In this document: positions 47,647-58,613 of the stretch, piece after piece
Numbering within the stretch: the first letter of the stretch is position 1
Layout: each line of letters opens with the position of its first letter
Source of the DNA: Thalia democratica
Lineage: Eukaryota
Assembly (NCBI GenBank): GCA_965202585.1
Contig: OZ241831.1
Span: 50,158,001 to 50,222,000, forward strand
Direction: 5' to 3'
DNA: 64,000 nucleotides
Made by a program: the position numbers and the translations under genes
Notes under the pieces: generated by a model
The model's database searches: none
Seen by the model: only the letters and a program-made list of their open reading frames with translations
What the model was told of the DNA's origin: nothing

Positions 47647-48767
47647 ATGCGCCAAGGTGGCCAAGTGCGCCAAGTCGCCAAGTCGCATTGTCTATTGATT
47701 TTATGTTGCTATAGAAATTCATTAGAACTCATAAGAAATCAATGCGTTTCGACACTGTTTCGAGGTCGTATGTTCATCGTTTTCATAAACGCCTCTTGTT
47801 TTCTTATCGAAGTAGCTATGCCGAAGCTAGTATATATACGCGTCAGTTCGGTTGGAAGTGTGAATTTGTGTGCAAAAAGTCCAGAGAAAGAGAGCTCATA
47901 TATTCGAAAAGAAGAGAATTATGCAAATTTTCGGACACAATTTTTGAATGATTTTGAGTCTACACCTGAAAGAGTTAGTGAAATCGACTGCGCAGAAACG
48001 AGTTTCACCGAAGGGAGTTTCTTCGACAAAGCGGCGTCCGGATTGGTTGAAATAGAGCGGGAGTGGGGCAGGCAACGGGCGTTCAAGAGGTACCTCGAGT
48101 CGCTGCTGATCCAGTGCGAGAAACTGAACAACGTCAGAAAGCACCACGAAAAGTACATCGCCGAGCAAAAGAATTTCAAGCAACTTTGCCGCGGCGTGGC
48201 GCTGAAGGAAGAGCACAATCGAATGCAGAAAGTCGCTTGGGAGTGGGTTTACAGGAAGGAGGGGAAGCCAAGCTGGAGAACGTGTTCATCGGGTACTTTT
48301 CGTTTTTTCGAAAAATTTTCTTCGTGCAGAGCAGCTTGAGAGAAGAAGACAGGATCGCGCCCAATGGTTATTCTGTGCAGATCAACAACGAGTTAGACGC
48401 GGCTTCGGAAGCGTTCAAAAAGTTCAGTTCGGACAACGAGTTCTTTTTGAACGACGCCGCCATCAAGCCGAACTTTTTAGTGGACGAACTGCTGGGTTAT
48501 GAGATAAACGCCGGCAACGTACGCAACTTTTTCAACCACCGTGTGGCGAACGTGAGCAACTATTCACCCGACTACGAGTTCGACGTTCGAAACATGGTCC
48601 GTTTCGTCAACGGGGAGAGCAGAATGAAGTCCATGGTGCCTGAGGTGCAGCGGGTGAGCAGGAAGGTCGCTGCAGGTAGCCACTGCAAAATTTGCTTGAG
48701 TGAAGCAGAACGAGAGTTGAATTTGCTGAACAACAAATATGATTTTGAAAACATTAAGTTGAATTAA
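47647..48767 (+). pseudogene. Array unit 11, -1 frameshift in the G-run
   Basis: Same split ORFs as unit 10. Confidence 0.7.
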
Positions 48768-48864
48768 AACAATAACTTTCAAAGTTTTTTTTATTTAATT
48801 AATAACTAAATTTCATCAATGATAAGCTAAGTAAGTATTTAGATTTTTGCAATAAGAACTTATC

Positions 48865-49985
48865 ATGCGCCAAGGTGGCCAAGTGCGCCAAGTCGCCAAG
48901 TCGCATTGTCTATTGATTTTATGTTGCTATAGAAATTCATTAGAACTCATAAGAAATCAATGCGTTTCGACACTGTTTCGAGGTCGTATGTTCATCGTTT
49001 TCATAAACGCCTCTTGTTTTCTTATCGAAGTAGCTATGCCGAAGCTAGTATATATACGCGTCAGTTCGGTTGGAAGTGTGAATTTGTGTGCAAAAAGTCC
49101 AGAGAAAGAGAGCTCATATATTCGAAAAGAAGAGAATTATGCAAATTTTCGGACACAATTTTTGAATGATTTTGAGTCTACACCTGAAAGAGTTAGTGAA
49201 ATCGACTGCGCAGAAACGAGTTTCACCGAAGGGAGTTTCTTCGACAAAGCGGCGTCCGGATTGGTTGAAATAGAGCGGGAGTGGGGCAGGCAACGGGCGT
49301 TCAAGAGGTACCTCGAGTCGCTGCTGATCCAGTGCGAGAAACTGAACAACGTCAGAAAGCACCACGAAAAGTACATCGCCGAGCAAAAGAATTTCAAGCA
49401 ACTTTGCCGCGGCGTGGCGCTGAAGGAAGAGCACAATCGAATGCAGAAAGTCGCTTGGGAGTGGGTTTACAGGAAGGAGGGGAAGCCAAGCTGGAGAACG
49501 TGTTCATCGGGTACTTTTCGTTTTTTCGAAAAATTTTCTTCGTGCAGAGCAGCTTGAGAGAAGAAGACAGGATCGCGCCCAATGGTTATTCTGTGCAGAT
49601 CAACAACGAGTTAGACGCGGCTTCGGAAGCGTTCAAAAAGTTCAGTTCGGACAACGAGTTCTTTTTGAACGACGCCGCCATCAAGCCGAACTTTTTAGTG
49701 GACGAACTGCTGGGTTATGAGATAAACGCCGGCAACGTACGCAACTTTTTCAACCACCGTGTGGCGAACGTGAGCAACTATTCACCCGACTACGAGTTCG
49801 ACGTTCGAAACATGGTCCGTTTCGTCAACGGGGAGAGCAGAATGAAGTCCATGGTGCCTGAGGTGCAGCGGGTGAGCAGGAAGGTCGCTGCAGGTAGCCA
49901 CTGCAAAATTTGCTTGAGTGAAGCAGAACGAGAGTTGAATTTGCTGAACAACAAATATGATTTTGAAAACATTAAGTTGAATTAA
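48865..49985 (+). pseudogene. Array unit 12, -1 frameshift in the G-run
   Basis: Same split ORFs as unit 10. Confidence 0.7.
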
Positions 49986-50082
49986 AACAATAACTTTCAA
50001 AGTTTTTTTTATTTAATTAATAACTAAATTTCATCAATGATAAGCTAAGTAAGTATTTAGATTTTTGCAATAAGAACTTATC

Positions 50083-51203
50083 ATGCGCCAAGGTGGCCAA
50101 GTGCGCCAAGTCGCCAAGTCGCATTGTCTATTGATTTTATGTTGCTATAGAAATTCATTAGAACTCATAAGAAATCAATGCGTTTCGACACTGTTTCGAG
50201 GTCGTATGTTCATCGTTTTCATAAACGCCTCTTGTTTTCTTATCGAAGTAGCTATGCCGAAGCTAGTATATATACGCGTCAGTTCGGTTGGAAGTGTGAA
50301 TTTATGTGCAAAAAGTCCAGAGAAAGAGAGCTCATATATTCGAAAAGAAGAGAATTATGCAAATTTTCGGACACAATTTTTTAATGATTTTGAGTCTACA
50401 CCTGAAAGAGTTAGTGAAATCGACTTGGTTGAAACGAGTTTCACCAAAGGGAGTTTCTTCGACAAAGCGGCGTCCGGATTGGTTGAAATAGAGCGGGAGT
50501 GGGGCAGGCAACGGGCGTTCAAGAGGTACCTCGAGTCGCTGCTGATCCAGTGCGAGAAACTGAACAACGTCAGAAAGCACCACGAAAAGTACATCGCCGA
50601 GCAAAAGAATTTCAAGCAACTTTGCCGCGGCGTGGCGCTGAAGGAAGAGCACAATCGAATGCAGAAAGTCGCTTGGGAGTGGGTTTACAGGAAGGAGGGG
50701 AAGCCAAGCTGGAGAACGTGTTCATCGGGTACTTTTCGTTTTTTCGAAAAATTTTCCTCGTGCACAGCAGCTTGAGAGAAGAAGACAGGATCGCGCCAAA
50801 TGGTTATTCTGCGAAGATCAACAACGAGTTAGACGCGGCTTCGGAAGCGTTCAAAAAGTTCAGTTCGGACAACGAGTTCTTTTTGAACAACGCCGCCATC
50901 AAGCCGAACTTTTTAGTGGACGAGCTGCTAGGTTATGAGATAAACGCCGGCAACATTTGCAACTTTTTCAACCACCGTGTGGCGAACGTGAGCAACTATT
51001 CACCCGACTACGAGTTCGACGTTCGAAACATGGTCCGTTTCGTCAACGGGGAGAGCAGAATGAAGTCCATGGTGCCTGAGGTGCAGCGGGTGAGCAGGAA
51101 GCTCGCTGCAGGTAGCCACTGCAAAATTTGCTTGAGTGAAGCAGAACGAGAGTTGAATTTGCTGAACAACAAATATGATTTTGAAAACATTAAGTTGAAT
51201 TAA
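50083..51203 (+). pseudogene. Array unit 13, -1 frameshift in the G-run
   Basis: Split ORFs 50083-50775 and 50499-51203. Confidence 0.7.
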
Positions 51204-51300
51204 AACAATAACTTTCAAAGTTTTTTTTATTTAATTAATAACTAAATTTCATCAATGATAAGCTAAGTAAGTATTTAGATTTTTGCAATAAGAACTTATC

Positions 51301-52421
51301 ATGCGCCAAGGTGGCCAAGTGCGCCAAGTCGCCAAGTCGCATTGTCTATTGATTTTATGTTGCTATAGAAATTCATTAGAACTCATAAGAAATCAATGCG
51401 TTTCGACACTGTTTCGAGGTCGTATGTTCATCGTTTTCATAAACGCCTCTTGTTTTCTTATCGAAGTAGCTATGCCGAAGCTAGTATATATACGCGTCAG
51501 TTCGGTTGGAAGTGTGAATTTATGTGCAAAAAGTCCAGAGAAAGAGAGCTCATATATTCGAAAAGAAGAGAATTATGCAAATTTTCGGACACAATTTTTT
51601 AATGATTTTGAGTCTACACCTGAAAGAGTTAGTGAAATCGACTTGGTTGAAACGAGTTTCACCAAAGGGAGTTTCTTCGACAAAGCGGCGTCCGGATTGG
51701 TTGAAATAGAGCGGGAGTGGGGCAGGCAACGGGCGTTCAAGAGGTACCTCGAGTCGCTGCTGATCCAGTGCGAGAAACTGAACAACGTCAGAAAGCACCA
51801 CGAAAAGTACATCGCCGAGCAAAAGAATTTCAAGCAACTTTGCCGCGGCGTGGCGCTGAAGGAAGAGCACAATCGAATGCAGAAAGTCGCTTGGGAGTGG
51901 GTTTACAGGAAGGAGGGGAAGCCAAGCTGGAGAACGTGTTCATCGGGTACTTTTCGTTTTTTCGAAAAATTTTCCTCGTGCACAGCAGCTTGAGAGAAGA
52001 AGACAGGATCGCGCCAAATGGTTATTCTGCGAAGATCAACAACGAGTTAGACGCGGCTTCGGAAGCGTTCAAAAAGTTCAGTTCGGACAACGAGTTCTTT
52101 TTGAACAACGCCGCCATCAAGCCGAACTTTTTAGTGGACGAACTGCTGGGTTATGAGATAAACGCCGGCAACGTACGCAACTTTTTCAACCACCGTGTGG
52201 CGAACGTGAGCAACTATTCACCCGACTACGAGTTCGACGTTCGAAACATGGTCCGTTTCGTCAACGGGGAGAGCAGAATGAAGTCCATGGTGCCTGAGGT
52301 GCAGCGGGTGAGCAGGAAGGTCGCTGCAGGTAGCCACTGCAAAATTTGCTTGAGTGAAGCAGAACGAGAGTTGAATTTGCTGAACAACAAATATGATTTT
52401 GAAAACATTAAGTTGAATTAA
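51301..52421 (+). pseudogene. Array unit 14, -1 frameshift in the G-run
   Basis: Split ORFs 51301-51993 and 51717-52421. Confidence 0.7.
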
Positions 52422-52518
52422 AACAATAACTTTCAAAGTTTTTTTTATTTAATTAATAACTAAATTTCATCAATGATAAGCTAAGTAAGTATTTAGATTT
52501 TTGCAATAAGAACTTATC

Positions 52519-53640
52519 ATGCGCCAAGGTGGCCAAGTGCGCCAAGTCGCCAAGTCGCATTGTCTATTGATTTTATGTTGCTATAGAAATTCATTAGAAC
52601 TCATAAGAAATCAATGCGTTTCGACACTGTTTCGAGGTCGTATGTTCATCGTTTTCATAAACGCCTCTTGTTTTCTTATCGAAGTAGCTATGCCGAAGCT
52701 CGTATATATACGCGTCAGTTCGGTTGGAAGTGTGAATTTGTGTGCAAAAAGTCCAGAGAAAGAGAGCTCATATATTCGAAAAGAAGAGAATTATGCAAAT
52801 TTTCGGACACAATTTTTTAATGATTTTGAGTCTACACCTGAAAGAGTTAGTGAAATCGACTGCGCAGAAACGAGTTTCACCGAAGGGAGTTTTTTCGACA
52901 AAGCGGCGTCCGGATTGGTTGAAATAGAGCGGGAATGGGGCAGGCGACGGGCGTTCAAGAGGTACCTCGAGTCGCTGCTGGTCCGGTGCGAGAATCTGAA
53001 CAACGTCAGAAAGCACCACGAAAAGTACATTGCCGAGCAGAAGAATTTCAAGCAATTTTGCCGCGGCGTGGCGCTGAAGGGAGAGCACAATCGAATGCAG
53101 AAAGTCGCTTGGGAGTGGGTTTACAGGAAGGAGGGGGAAGCCAAGCTGGAGAACGTGTTCATCGGGTACTTTTCGTTTTTTCGAAAAATTTTCTTCGTGC
53201 AGAGCAGCTTGAGAGAAGAAGACAGGATCGCGCTCGATGGTTATTCTGTGCAGATCAACAACGAGTTAGACGCGGCTTCGGAAGCGTTCAAAAAGTTCAG
53301 TTCGGACAACGAGTTCTTTCTAAACAACGCCGCCATCAAGCCGAACTTTTCAGTGGACGAACTGCTAGGTTATGAGATAAACGCCAGCAACGTACGCAAC
53401 TTTTTCAACCACCGTGTGGCGCACGCGAGCAACTATTCACCCGACTACGAGTTCGACGTTCGAAACATGGTCCGTTTCGTCAACGGGGAGAGCAGAATGA
53501 AGTTCATGGTGCCTGAGGTGCAGCGGGTGAGCAGGAAGCTCGCTGCAGGTAACCACTGCAAAATTTGCTTGAGTGAAGCAGAACGAGAGTTGAACTTACT
53601 GAACAACAAATACGACTTTGAAAACATTAAGTTGAATTAA
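52519..53640 (+). CDS. Array unit 15, intact 373-aa orphan ORF
   Basis: Open frame; VRCENL/ALDG variant. Confidence 0.6.
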   Translation: MRQGGQVRQVAKSHCLLILCCYRNSLELIRNQCVSTLFRGRMFIVFINASCFLIEVAMPKLVYIRVSSVGSVNLCAKSPEKESSYIRKEENYANFRTQFFNDFESTPERVSEIDCAETSFTEGSFFDKAASGLVEIEREWGRRRAFKRYLESLLVRCENLNNVRKHHEKYIAEQKNFKQFCRGVALKGEHNRMQKVAWEWVYRKEGEAKLENVFIGYFSFFRKIFFVQSSLREEDRIALDGYSVQINNELDAASEAFKKFSSDNEFFLNNAAIKPNFSVDELLGYEINASNVRNFFNHRVAHASNYSPDYEFDVRNMVRFVNGESRMKFMVPEVQRVSRKLAAGNHCKICLSEAERELNLLNNKYDFENIKLN

Positions 53641-53737
53641 AACAATAACTTTCAAAGTTTTTTTTATTTAATTAATAACTAAATTTCATCAATGATAAGC
53701 TAAGTAAGTATTTCGATTTTTGCAATAAGAACTTATC

Positions 53738-54859
53738 ATGCGCCAAGGTGGCCAAGTGCGCCAAGTCGCCAAGTCGCATTGTCTATTGATTTTATGTTGC
53801 TATAGAAATTCATTAGAACTCATAAGAAATCAATGCGTTTCGACACTGTTTCGAGGTCGTATGTTCATCGTTTTCATAAACGCCTCTTGTTTTCTTATCG
53901 AAGTAGCTATGCCGAAGCTCGTATATATACGCGTCAGTTCGGTTGGAAGTGTGAATTTGTGTGCAAAAAGTCCAGAGAAAGAGAGCTCATATATTCGAAA
54001 AGAAGAGAATTATGCAAATTTTCGGACACAATTTTTTAATGATTTTGAGTCTACACCTGAAAGAGTTAGTGAAATCGACTGCGCAGAAACGAGTTTCACC
54101 GAAGGGAGTTTTTTCGACAAAGCGGCGTCCGGATTGGTTGAAATAGAGCGGGAATGGGGCAGGCGACGGGCGTTCAAGAGGTACCTCGAGTCGCTGCTGG
54201 TCCGGTGCGAGAATCTGAACAACGTCAGAAAGCACCACGAAAAGTACATTGCCGAGCAGAAGAATTTCAAGCAATTTTGCCGCGGCGTGGCGCTGAAGGG
54301 AGAGCACAATCGAATGCAGAAAGTCGCTTGGGAGTGGGTTTACAGGAAGGAGGGGGAAGCCAAGCTGGAGAACGTGTTCATCGGGTACTTTTCGTTTTTT
54401 CGAAAAATTTTCTTCGTGCAGAGCAGCTTGAGAGAAGAAGACAGGATCGCGCTCGATGGTTATTCTGTGCAGATCAACAACGAGTTAGACGCGGCTTCGG
54501 AAGCGTTCAAAAAGTTCAGTTCGGACAACGAGTTCTTTCTAAACAACGCCGCCATCAAGCCGAACTTTTCAGTGGACGAACTGCTAGGTTATGAGATAAA
54601 CGCCAGCAACGTACGCAACTTTTTCAACCACCGTGTGGTGCACGTGAGCAACTATTCACCCGACTACGAGTTCGACGTTCGAAACATGGTCCGTTTCGTC
54701 AACGGGGAGAGCAGAATGAAGTTCATGGTGCCTGAGGTGCAGCGGGTGAGCAGGAAGCTCGCTGCAGGTAACCACTGCAAAATTTGCTTGAGTGAAGCAG
54801 AACGAGAGTTGAACTTACTGAACAACAAATACGACTTTGAAAACATTAAGTTGAATTAA
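53738..54859 (+). CDS. Array unit 16, intact 373-aa orphan ORF
   Basis: Open frame. Confidence 0.6.
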   Translation: MRQGGQVRQVAKSHCLLILCCYRNSLELIRNQCVSTLFRGRMFIVFINASCFLIEVAMPKLVYIRVSSVGSVNLCAKSPEKESSYIRKEENYANFRTQFFNDFESTPERVSEIDCAETSFTEGSFFDKAASGLVEIEREWGRRRAFKRYLESLLVRCENLNNVRKHHEKYIAEQKNFKQFCRGVALKGEHNRMQKVAWEWVYRKEGEAKLENVFIGYFSFFRKIFFVQSSLREEDRIALDGYSVQINNELDAASEAFKKFSSDNEFFLNNAAIKPNFSVDELLGYEINASNVRNFFNHRVVHVSNYSPDYEFDVRNMVRFVNGESRMKFMVPEVQRVSRKLAAGNHCKICLSEAERELNLLNNKYDFENIKLN

Positions 54860-54956
54860 AACAATAACTTTCAAAGTTTTTTTTATTTAATTAATAACTA
54901 AATTTCATCAATGATAAGCTAAGTAAGTATTTAGATTTTTGCAATAAGAACTTATC

Positions 54957-56078
54957 ATGCGCCAAGGTGGCCAAGTGCGCCAAGTCGCCAAGTCGCATTG
55001 TCTATTGATTTTATGTTGCTATAGAAATTCATTAGAACTCATAAGAAATCAATGCGTTTCGACACTGTTTCGAGGTCGTATGTTCATCGTTTTCATAAAC
55101 GCCTCTTGTTTTCTTATCGAAGTAGCTATGCCGAAGCTCGTATATATACGCGTCAGTTCGGTTGGAAGTGTGAATTTGTGTGCAAAAAGTCCAGAGAAAG
55201 AGAGCTCATATATTCGAAAAGAAGAGAATTATGCAAATTTTCGGACACAATTTTTTAATGATTTTGAGTCTACACCTGAAAGAGTTAGTGAAATCGACTG
55301 CGCAGAAACGAGTTTCACCGAAGGGAGTTTTTTCGACAAAGCGGCGTCCGGATTGGTTGAAATAGAGCGGGAATGGGGCAGGCGACGGGCGTTCAAGAGG
55401 TACCTCGAGTCGCTGCTGGTCCGGTGCGAGAATCTGAACAACGTCAGAAAGCACCACGAAAAGTACATTGCCGAGCAGAAGAATTTCAAGCAATTTTGCC
55501 GCGGCGTGGCGCTGAAGGGAGAGCACAATCGAATGCAGAAAGTCGCTTGGGAGTGGGTTTACAGGAAGGAGGGGGAAGCCAAGCTGGAGAACGTGTTCAT
55601 CGGGTACTTTTCGTTTTTTCGAAAAATTTTCTTCGTGCAGAGCAGCTTGAGAGAAGAAGACAGGATCGCGCTCGATGGTTATTCTGTGCAGATCAACAAC
55701 GAGTTAGACGCGGCTTCGGAAGCGTTCAAAAAGTTCAGTTCGGACAACGAGTTCTTTCTAAACAACGCCGCCATCAAGCCGAACTTTTCAGTGGACGAAC
55801 TGCTAGGTTATGAGATAAACGCCAGCAACGTACGCAACTTTTTCAACCACCGTGTGGCGCACGCGAGCAACTATTCACCCGACTACGAGTTCGACGTTCG
55901 AAACATGGTCCGTTTCGTCAACGGGGAGAGCAGAATGAAGTTCATGGTGCCTGAGGTGCAGCGGGTGAGCAGGAAGCTCGCTGCAGGTAACCACTGCAAA
56001 ATTTGCTTGAGTGAAGCAGAACGAGAGTTGAACTTACTGAACAACAAATACGACTTTGAAAACATTAAGTTGAATTAA
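54957..56078 (+). CDS. Array unit 17, intact 373-aa orphan ORF
   Basis: Open frame; same protein as unit 15. Confidence 0.6.
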   Translation: MRQGGQVRQVAKSHCLLILCCYRNSLELIRNQCVSTLFRGRMFIVFINASCFLIEVAMPKLVYIRVSSVGSVNLCAKSPEKESSYIRKEENYANFRTQFFNDFESTPERVSEIDCAETSFTEGSFFDKAASGLVEIEREWGRRRAFKRYLESLLVRCENLNNVRKHHEKYIAEQKNFKQFCRGVALKGEHNRMQKVAWEWVYRKEGEAKLENVFIGYFSFFRKIFFVQSSLREEDRIALDGYSVQINNELDAASEAFKKFSSDNEFFLNNAAIKPNFSVDELLGYEINASNVRNFFNHRVAHASNYSPDYEFDVRNMVRFVNGESRMKFMVPEVQRVSRKLAAGNHCKICLSEAERELNLLNNKYDFENIKLN

Positions 56079-56175
56079 AACAATAACTTTCAAAGTTTTT
56101 TTTATTTAATTAATAACTAAATTTCATCAATGATAAGCTAAGTAAGTATTTAGATTTTTGCAATAAGAACTTATC

Positions 56176-57297
56176 ATGCGCCAAGGTGGCCAAGTGCGCC
56201 AAGTCGCCAAGTCGCATTGTCTATTGATTTTATGTTGCTATAGAAATTCATTAGAACTCATAAGAAATCAATGCGTTTCGACACTGTTTCGAGGTCGTAT
56301 GTTCATCGTTTTCATAAACGCCTCTTGTTTTCTTATCGAAGTAGCTATGCCGAAGCTCGTATATATACGCGTCAGTTCGGTTGGAAGTGTGAATTTGTGT
56401 GCAAAAAGTCCAGAGAAAGAGAGCTCATATATTCGAAAAGAAGAGAATTATGCAAATTTTCGGACACAATTTTTTAATGATTTTGAGTCTACACCTGAAA
56501 GAGTTAGTGAAATCGACTGCGCAGAAACGAGTTTCACCGAAGGGAGTTTTTTCGACAAAGCGGCGTCCGGATTGGTTGAAATAGAGCGGGAATGGGGCAG
56601 GCGACGGGCGTTCAAGAGGTACCTCGAGTCGCTGCTGATCCAGTGCGAGAAACTGAACAACGTCAGAAAGCACCACGAAAAGTACATTGCCGAGCAGAAG
56701 AATTTCAAGCAATTTTGCCGCGGCGTGGCGCTGAAGGGAGAGCACAATCGAATGCAGAAAGTCGCTTGGGAGTGGGTTTACAGGAAGGAGGGGGAAGCCA
56801 AGCTGGAGAACGTGTTCATCGGGTACTTTTCGTTTTTTCGAAAAATTTTCTTCGTGCAGAGCAGCTTGAGAGAAGAAGACAGGATCGCGCTCGATGGTTA
56901 TTCTGTGCAGATCAACAACGAGTTAGACGCGGCTTCGGAAGCGTTCAAAAAGTTCAGTTCGGACAACGAGTTCTTTCTAAACAACGCCGCCATCAAGCCG
57001 AACTTTTCAGTGGACGAACTGCTAGGTTATGAGATAAACGCCAGCAACGTACGCAACTTTTTCAACCACCGTGTGGCGCACGTGAGCAACTATTCACCCG
57101 ACTACGAGTTCGACGTTCGAAACATGGTCCGTTTCGTCAACGGGGAGAGCAGAATGAAGTCCATGGTGCCTGAGGTGCAGCGGGTGAGCAGGAAGCTCAC
57201 TGCAGGTAACCACTGCAAAATTTGCTTGAGTGAAGCAGAACAGGAGTTGAACTTGCTGAACAGCAAATACGACTTTGAAAACATTAAGTTGAATTAA
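56176..57297 (+). CDS. Array unit 18, intact 373-aa orphan ORF
   Basis: Open frame; mosaic of unit 15-17 and unit 19 variants. Confidence 0.6.
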   Translation: MRQGGQVRQVAKSHCLLILCCYRNSLELIRNQCVSTLFRGRMFIVFINASCFLIEVAMPKLVYIRVSSVGSVNLCAKSPEKESSYIRKEENYANFRTQFFNDFESTPERVSEIDCAETSFTEGSFFDKAASGLVEIEREWGRRRAFKRYLESLLIQCEKLNNVRKHHEKYIAEQKNFKQFCRGVALKGEHNRMQKVAWEWVYRKEGEAKLENVFIGYFSFFRKIFFVQSSLREEDRIALDGYSVQINNELDAASEAFKKFSSDNEFFLNNAAIKPNFSVDELLGYEINASNVRNFFNHRVAHVSNYSPDYEFDVRNMVRFVNGESRMKSMVPEVQRVSRKLTAGNHCKICLSEAEQELNLLNSKYDFENIKLN

Positions 57298-57394
57298 AAC
57301 AATAACTTTCAAAGTTTTTTTTATTTAATTAATAACTAAATTTCATCAATGATAAGCTAAGTAAGTATTTAGATTTTTGCAATAAGAACTTATC

Positions 57395-58516
57395 ATGCGC
57401 CAAGGTGGCCAAGTGCGCCAAGTCGCCAAGTCGCATTGTCTATTGATTTTATGTTGCTATAGAAATTCATTAGAACTCATAAGAAATCAATGCGTTTCGA
57501 CACTGTTTCGAGGTCGTATGTTCATCGTTTTCATAAACGCCTCTTGTTTTCTTATCGAAGTAGCTATGCCGAAGCTAGTATATATACGCGTCAGTTCGGT
57601 TGGAAGTGTGAATTTGTGTGCAAAAAGTCCAGAGAAAGAGAGCTCATATATTCGAAAAGAAGAGAATTATGCAAATTTTCGGACACAATTTTTTAATGAT
57701 TTTGAGTCTACACCTGAAAGAGTTAGTGAAATCGACTGCGCAGAAACGAGTTTCACCGAAGGGAGTTTCTTCGACAAAGCGGCGTCCGGATTGGTTGAAA
57801 TAGAGCGGGAGTGGGGCAGGCGACGGGCGTTCAAGAGGTACCTCGAGTCGCTGCTGATCCGGTGCGAGAAACTGAACAACGTCAGAAAGCACCACGAGAA
57901 GTACATCGCCGAGCAGAAAAAGTTCAAGCAGTTTTGCCGCGGCGTGGCGCTGAAGAAAGAGCACAACCGAATGCAGAAAGTCGCTTGGGAGTGGGTTTAC
58001 AGGAAGGAGGGGGAAGCAAAGTTGGAAAACGTGTTCATCGGGTACTTTTCGTTTTTTCGAAAAATTTTCTTCGTGCAGAGCAGCTTGAGAGAAGAAGACA
58101 GGATCGCGCCCAATGGTTATTCTGTGCAGATCAACAACGAGTTGGACGCGGCTTCGGAAGCGTTCAAAAAGTTCAGTTCGGACAACGAGTTCTTTTTGAA
58201 CAACGCCGCTATCAAGCCGAACTTTTTAGTGGACGAGCTGCTGGGTTATGAGATAAATGCCGGCAACGTACGCAACTTTTTCAACCACCGTGTGGCGAAC
58301 GTGAGCAACTATTCACCCGACTACGAGTTCGACGTTCGAAACATGGTCCGTTTCGTCAACGGGGAGAGCAGAATGAAGTCCATGGTGCCTGAGGTGCAGC
58401 GGGTGAGCAGGAAGCTCACTGCAGGTAACCACTGCAAAATTTGCTTGAGTGAAGCAGAACAGGAGTTGAACTTGCTGAACAGCAAATACGACTTTGAAAA
58501 CATTAAGTTGAATTAA
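57395..58516 (+). CDS. Array unit 19, intact 373-aa orphan ORF
   Basis: Open frame; many synonymous variants. Confidence 0.6.
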   Translation: MRQGGQVRQVAKSHCLLILCCYRNSLELIRNQCVSTLFRGRMFIVFINASCFLIEVAMPKLVYIRVSSVGSVNLCAKSPEKESSYIRKEENYANFRTQFFNDFESTPERVSEIDCAETSFTEGSFFDKAASGLVEIEREWGRRRAFKRYLESLLIRCEKLNNVRKHHEKYIAEQKKFKQFCRGVALKKEHNRMQKVAWEWVYRKEGEAKLENVFIGYFSFFRKIFFVQSSLREEDRIAPNGYSVQINNELDAASEAFKKFSSDNEFFLNNAAIKPNFLVDELLGYEINAGNVRNFFNHRVANVSNYSPDYEFDVRNMVRFVNGESRMKSMVPEVQRVSRKLTAGNHCKICLSEAEQELNLLNSKYDFENIKLN

Positions 58517-58613
58517 AACAATAACTTTCAAAGTTTTTTTTATTTAATTAATAACTAAATTTCATCAATGATAAGCTAAGTAAGTATTTAGATTTTTGCA
58601 ATAAGAACTTATC

